Assembly (NCBI GenBank): GCA_001724265.1
Contig: MEDY01000397.1
Span: forward strand, 1-58,071
Direction: 5' to 3'
DNA: 58,071 nt
From: Rhizaria sp. SCN 62-66
Lineage: Eukaryota
Shown: positions 54,170 through 58,071 of the stretch, piece after piece
Numbering within the stretch: the stretch's first letter is position 1
Layout: every line of letters starts with the position of its first letter
Position numbers and translations under genes: made by a program
Notes under the pieces: generated by a model
The model's database searches: none
What the model was told of the DNA's origin: nothing
The model's input: the letters and a program-made list of their open reading frames with translations, nothing else

Positions 54170-57163
54170 AGGCCGAGGAGTGCTTTGGGAGCTTTAGGCG
54201 TTTCCACTACCGCTGCTTCTAATGCTGCTATGTCCGGCTCTAGCGCGAGCCAGAATCAGAGCCACCAACAGCAGTATAGCTCGTCCCCAGTGCTACCAAG
54301 CGCGTTGTCCCGCGTCTCCTCTCTCGCCGACTCCATCGCCGCCGCTCATAGTACCAACGCCAACGCGGGGGGGCTCGGGCTCTCTAGCAACGGCGGCGGC
54401 GGCGGGGTCACGATCGGCGGCGCTGCGAGCGCTTTCCGCCCCTCCGGCGCCGCCGCCTCGGCCTCGGCCGCCGCCGCCGCCGCCTCCTCTGCTGCAACGG
54501 GCTCAGTGCCCGCGGGCAGCGGAGCCGGTGGGAGGAGCAGTGCAAATGGCCACTCGCAGTCACCGTTAGCGGCTTATGGGTCAATCTTGGGAGCCCGTGC
54601 TGCGTCACCTACAACCTCAGGCACATCCACATCCCTCAATAACAACACCAGTAGCGGCAGCAGCAACAACCACAACGTGAGTGGTAACACTGGTAGTAGT
54701 GGGCCGATGTCGCTGTTCTCGGCTGCTATGGGCACTCCCGCCTACGCGCTCGCCGCCGCCATCCCTTTGCCCACCCCTGCCCACGCCCACGGTCACTCCC
54801 ACAGTCACGCCCATGGGCACGGCCTCGCCCACGGTCACCACCATAGCGCACCGCTATTTTCACCGGGCCCGGGCCCCGGTGCCAGTCCGTTTTGCGCGAT
54901 CACCGCCACCGCGTTGGGCAGTAACTCTCTGCCCGGCGTCGGCATCGGCGGCGGCGTCGGCGGCTCTAACACTTCCGCAGCCACCGCCGCCACAAACGCG
55001 AACAACGCCGGGTCTGGTGTCGCGTTCACGGTTACAGCTGCGACCGCGAATAACAATAACAGCAACAGCAGCTCTAGCGGTACTTCCGCTGTCAATGGCC
55101 CTGCCGGCTCAACCTTGGTGCTCCCTGCCAACGCTAATCCTGCTGCTAACCCGACTGGCACGAGCAGCGTGTTCTCAGTGCAGTTCAAACAGGGCGCTAG
55201 TAACAACAACAACAACAGCGGCAGCAGCAGTAGCAGTAGCAGTGGTAACATCAACGCGAGCGCGCTTGGGTTCGGCATCACGCATTCAACGCCGATGCTC
55301 GGCCTCGGCGCTTCGGCCGGCTCAGTCGTTGGCGCGGGCGCCGGCGCTGGGCTGGGGCTACCAGTCGGCAGTGGGCTGTTCGCCACTCCAGCACTTGCCG
55401 GCCGCGGCGGCGGTAACAACAACGTGAATAACAATAACAACAACAACAACAACAAAACCGCTGCTGCTGCTGCTGCGGCTGCAGCAGCGGCTGGGGGGAA
55501 TGGAGGTGGAAATGGAAGTGGTGCGCCAGGATCGTCGCGGCCCCTTACACGCACTGGCTCCGCCACCGCTGCCGCCGCCGCCGCGACTACGACTGCTGCT
55601 GCAAACGACGCAGCAACCGCATCGCCATCCAACTCCGCCGCCGGTAGTAATATTGCTACCGTGAACGCAAGCGTGAATGTCACGAGTGCCGCCGGTACCA
55701 CTGGCCACGAGTTCTCGACGCCTCTGCCGCCGCGCCGCCGGTCGACGTTTTCGTCTAACGCGTCATCGCTGCCGGCGAGCGGCGCGAGCACCACCAGCGT
55801 CACGAGTACCATGAGTACCGCGCCCAATTCGAGCATAAACACCAGTGGGACATCGTCCGCCGTCCCGCCCTCTGCCGTCGCCGTCATGAGTACTGCTGCT
55901 AGTAGTAGCAACAACACAAACGCAAATGCGATGACGAGCGGTGTGAGCGGCGTGAATGGCGTGATTGGGACCCGCAGCAAGCGAAGTAATCCTGCCAAGG
56001 GGCCGGTGCCAGTGCTGCCAGGCGCGAGCACTGGACTCCGCTCCAGTCAAACCAACACGGTCTCACTCATCACCAGCAGTCAAGCCAACGCTTCTGCGGC
56101 GACCGCGGCCGCTACCAGTAGCGCGAGCAAGAGCAGCAGCGTGTCCCGTAGCGCTGTGTTGCCGGTAGTGCACTCGGTCCAGTCGGTGCCGTCGACCGGC
56201 AGCAGTGATACTGACCTCGATTCGCTGGACGCTGAAGGCAACATCAGCCATGTTAGCCACAGCAGCAGCGGCCATGCGAGTCATCAGCAGAGCGGCAACG
56301 GCCGCGGCCACAGTAGCACGAACAGGCGCAGCACTAGCGTTTTGCGCGTGGGCGCTGCGTCTGCTGTCTCTAACGCTGACATTTCTGCTGCTAACGGTGG
56401 GGATGCAGGTGACTGTGAGTGCGGCCAGTGTGGGTCCTGTGTTGCGCGCGCTCTGCCGCAGCCGCGGTCGCTACAGGATGCTTTTCTCAGCGCTGCCAAC
56501 GATGACGATGACGATGATGATGGAGACAGTAACTCAGCGAATAAGTCACGCCGTCATCAATATCATCGTCACAGCACTGGTCCGCTCCCACGTTCGCCGG
56601 TCACGGTGCTTGCCGCCGTCACCGCCGCCGCTGCCCACAGCAACGACACCAACCCGAGCAATCTCAGCAACAATAACACGGTGAGTACTGTTGCGAACGT
56701 GAACGCTGTCGCTGCCGCTGCTGCTGATGTTTCTCCTGTTTCTGCTTCTGCTTCTGCTGCTGCTGCTTCTGGTATTATTGGTGGGAATGAAGAGGAAGCG
56801 ACACGCCGTACGCGTGTCCGTGGCAGCAGCCGTCTCTCATCCTCGACGTCCTCTGTTGCTAATGCAAGCGCTCTCAATCTTCTTGCGATGACGCCGGCGG
56901 GCAAGAGCGAGGGCGTGCCTGAGAGCACCTCTTCGGGCGCTAGCACTGGCTCTGGCTCTGTTGTCTCTGGCAACAGCAGAGCTCGGAGTGCTTCTATCGC
57001 TCCTGCTGTTTCGACTTCGAGCGTTACTGCTGCTAGTGCTAGTGTAAGTGGGCCGCAGAGCAGTGCGAAGCGCCGTCGTCGTGCTGATGCGAGCAATGCC
57101 AGTGGTGCTGCTGCGGCGGCGGCGGCGGCGGGGGATGAGGACGTGATGCTGCCGCAACATTAA
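50711..57163 (+). CDS. MYB: R2R3-type MYB transcription factor with a very long low-complexity C-terminus. Exons 50711-51097, 51377-57163
   Basis: WTDEEDALLQSLV...|...WQFVARALPGRRPKQCRERWQNLL and WDDEEDYRIIDLHQRFGTKWTEFAKELPGRTENTIKNRWNS. Intron ACT|gtacgt...aacag|TCT. TAA stop. Confidence 0.93.
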
Positions 57164-58071
57164 GCGATGTGACGCAGCGAAACACTTGACTCGCAACGTT
57201 TAGCCCACTCAGCGATTCCCACCGTGATGCCATTTTTCTATTCACATGTTGATAAGACTTTACGCTCACAACGAACGGAGTTCTGAGTGAAAAATTAAAT
57301 AAGATTTCGTTTGATAGTTAAATTTATAACGGTTAAGAATGATATAATACAATTCCCGGTCAATTTCTTGCTTTAATTTACCAGGCTTCAACCACATTTT
57401 CATGCTGAGTCGGCTGTGGCCGCGTCGAATGTTCGATTTGCTGCTTGAGCATGACTCCAAATTTGAAGTCGATGACGTGCTAAACCAGGTATTTGCTCAT
57501 ATTCGTACGAAGAGAGCGCGCATTTTTATAAATGAGGAGTCTCCCCTGAGGACCCATTTAGTTCCCAGTGCTAAAAACGCTGTCGCTGCTGAGATGATGA
57601 TTCGAGCGCTAGCGGCGCTGCGGCGGCGGGTCATGAAGGCGCGATACTGCCGCATGTATTAATACATTGCAACACACTAAGCGAGGCGAATGAAATACTT
57701 GAGTTGCAACAATTATTGAGTGATCGACCACAGTGTTGTTATTGCTGTCACAATGTTTGCAGTGAATACTAAATAAGATTTAGTTTGATAGGAGTCCAGT
57801 TTCCGACTAGGTCGTTATTAATGGATTAAATATCCATTAAATATTCATACAGTCCTGGCTTTTATTCCTATTCATAGTACTTGTACATGTTGTACTAGGA
57901 GCTTAAAAATACTAGTACTAGACTAGTACTTCCGTAATTACCAGGGTACATGTACGACATGTATTTAATACAATGTACCCCTGATGTAGAGGTTTATGAA
58001 AAAACGTGTTTTCCGCGATTTTCGCGCCTTGGTGCGCACTTTTCTATTTCACTACGAGCGAAATAGTCCAT

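Noticed and set aside
54835-56031. Long antisense and alternate-frame ORFs (e.g. 54835-56031, 5935-6900, 14505-15362, 19330-20088)
   Set aside because: These are shadows of GC-rich, trinucleotide-repeat coding sequence on the opposite strand (poly-L/V/C translations) with no domain motifs.

Overview
Gene-dense nuclear DNA of a eukaryotic microbe: GC-rich exons, short AT-rich GT-AG introns, and genes for aerobic mitochondria. I modelled 19 protein-coding genes by hand (18 complete plus the 5' end of RPS17): RPS17, NDUFA12, a Nudix hydrolase, a C2HC zinc-finger protein, MRPL49, a PSMG1-like chaperone, GRASP55/65, an MFS transporter, an SLC35B transporter, a kelch protein, DUF4598/NOPCHAP1, a GPI-anchored Cys-rich protein, an M17 leucyl aminopeptidase, CDC50, an R2R3-MYB and four orphans. 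Main result: the nucleus appears to use a non-standard genetic code in which TAG is a sense codon, most likely Gln, while TAA and TGA remain stops. Eight in-frame TAGs interrupt seven otherwise intact genes, several inside poly-Gln runs or between conserved motifs. The 18 complete models end in TAA (12) or TGA (6). Second result: short DNA words (GCTCACRGTCAC, GGCGGCTTRACTTC, TGTAAGTG) are iterated on both strands and, for the first two, in several reading frames, which points to a DNA-level signal overlaid on coding sequence. All 19 modelled introns start GTAC and 17 are phase 0. Family assignments come from motif recognition by eye; no database searches were run.
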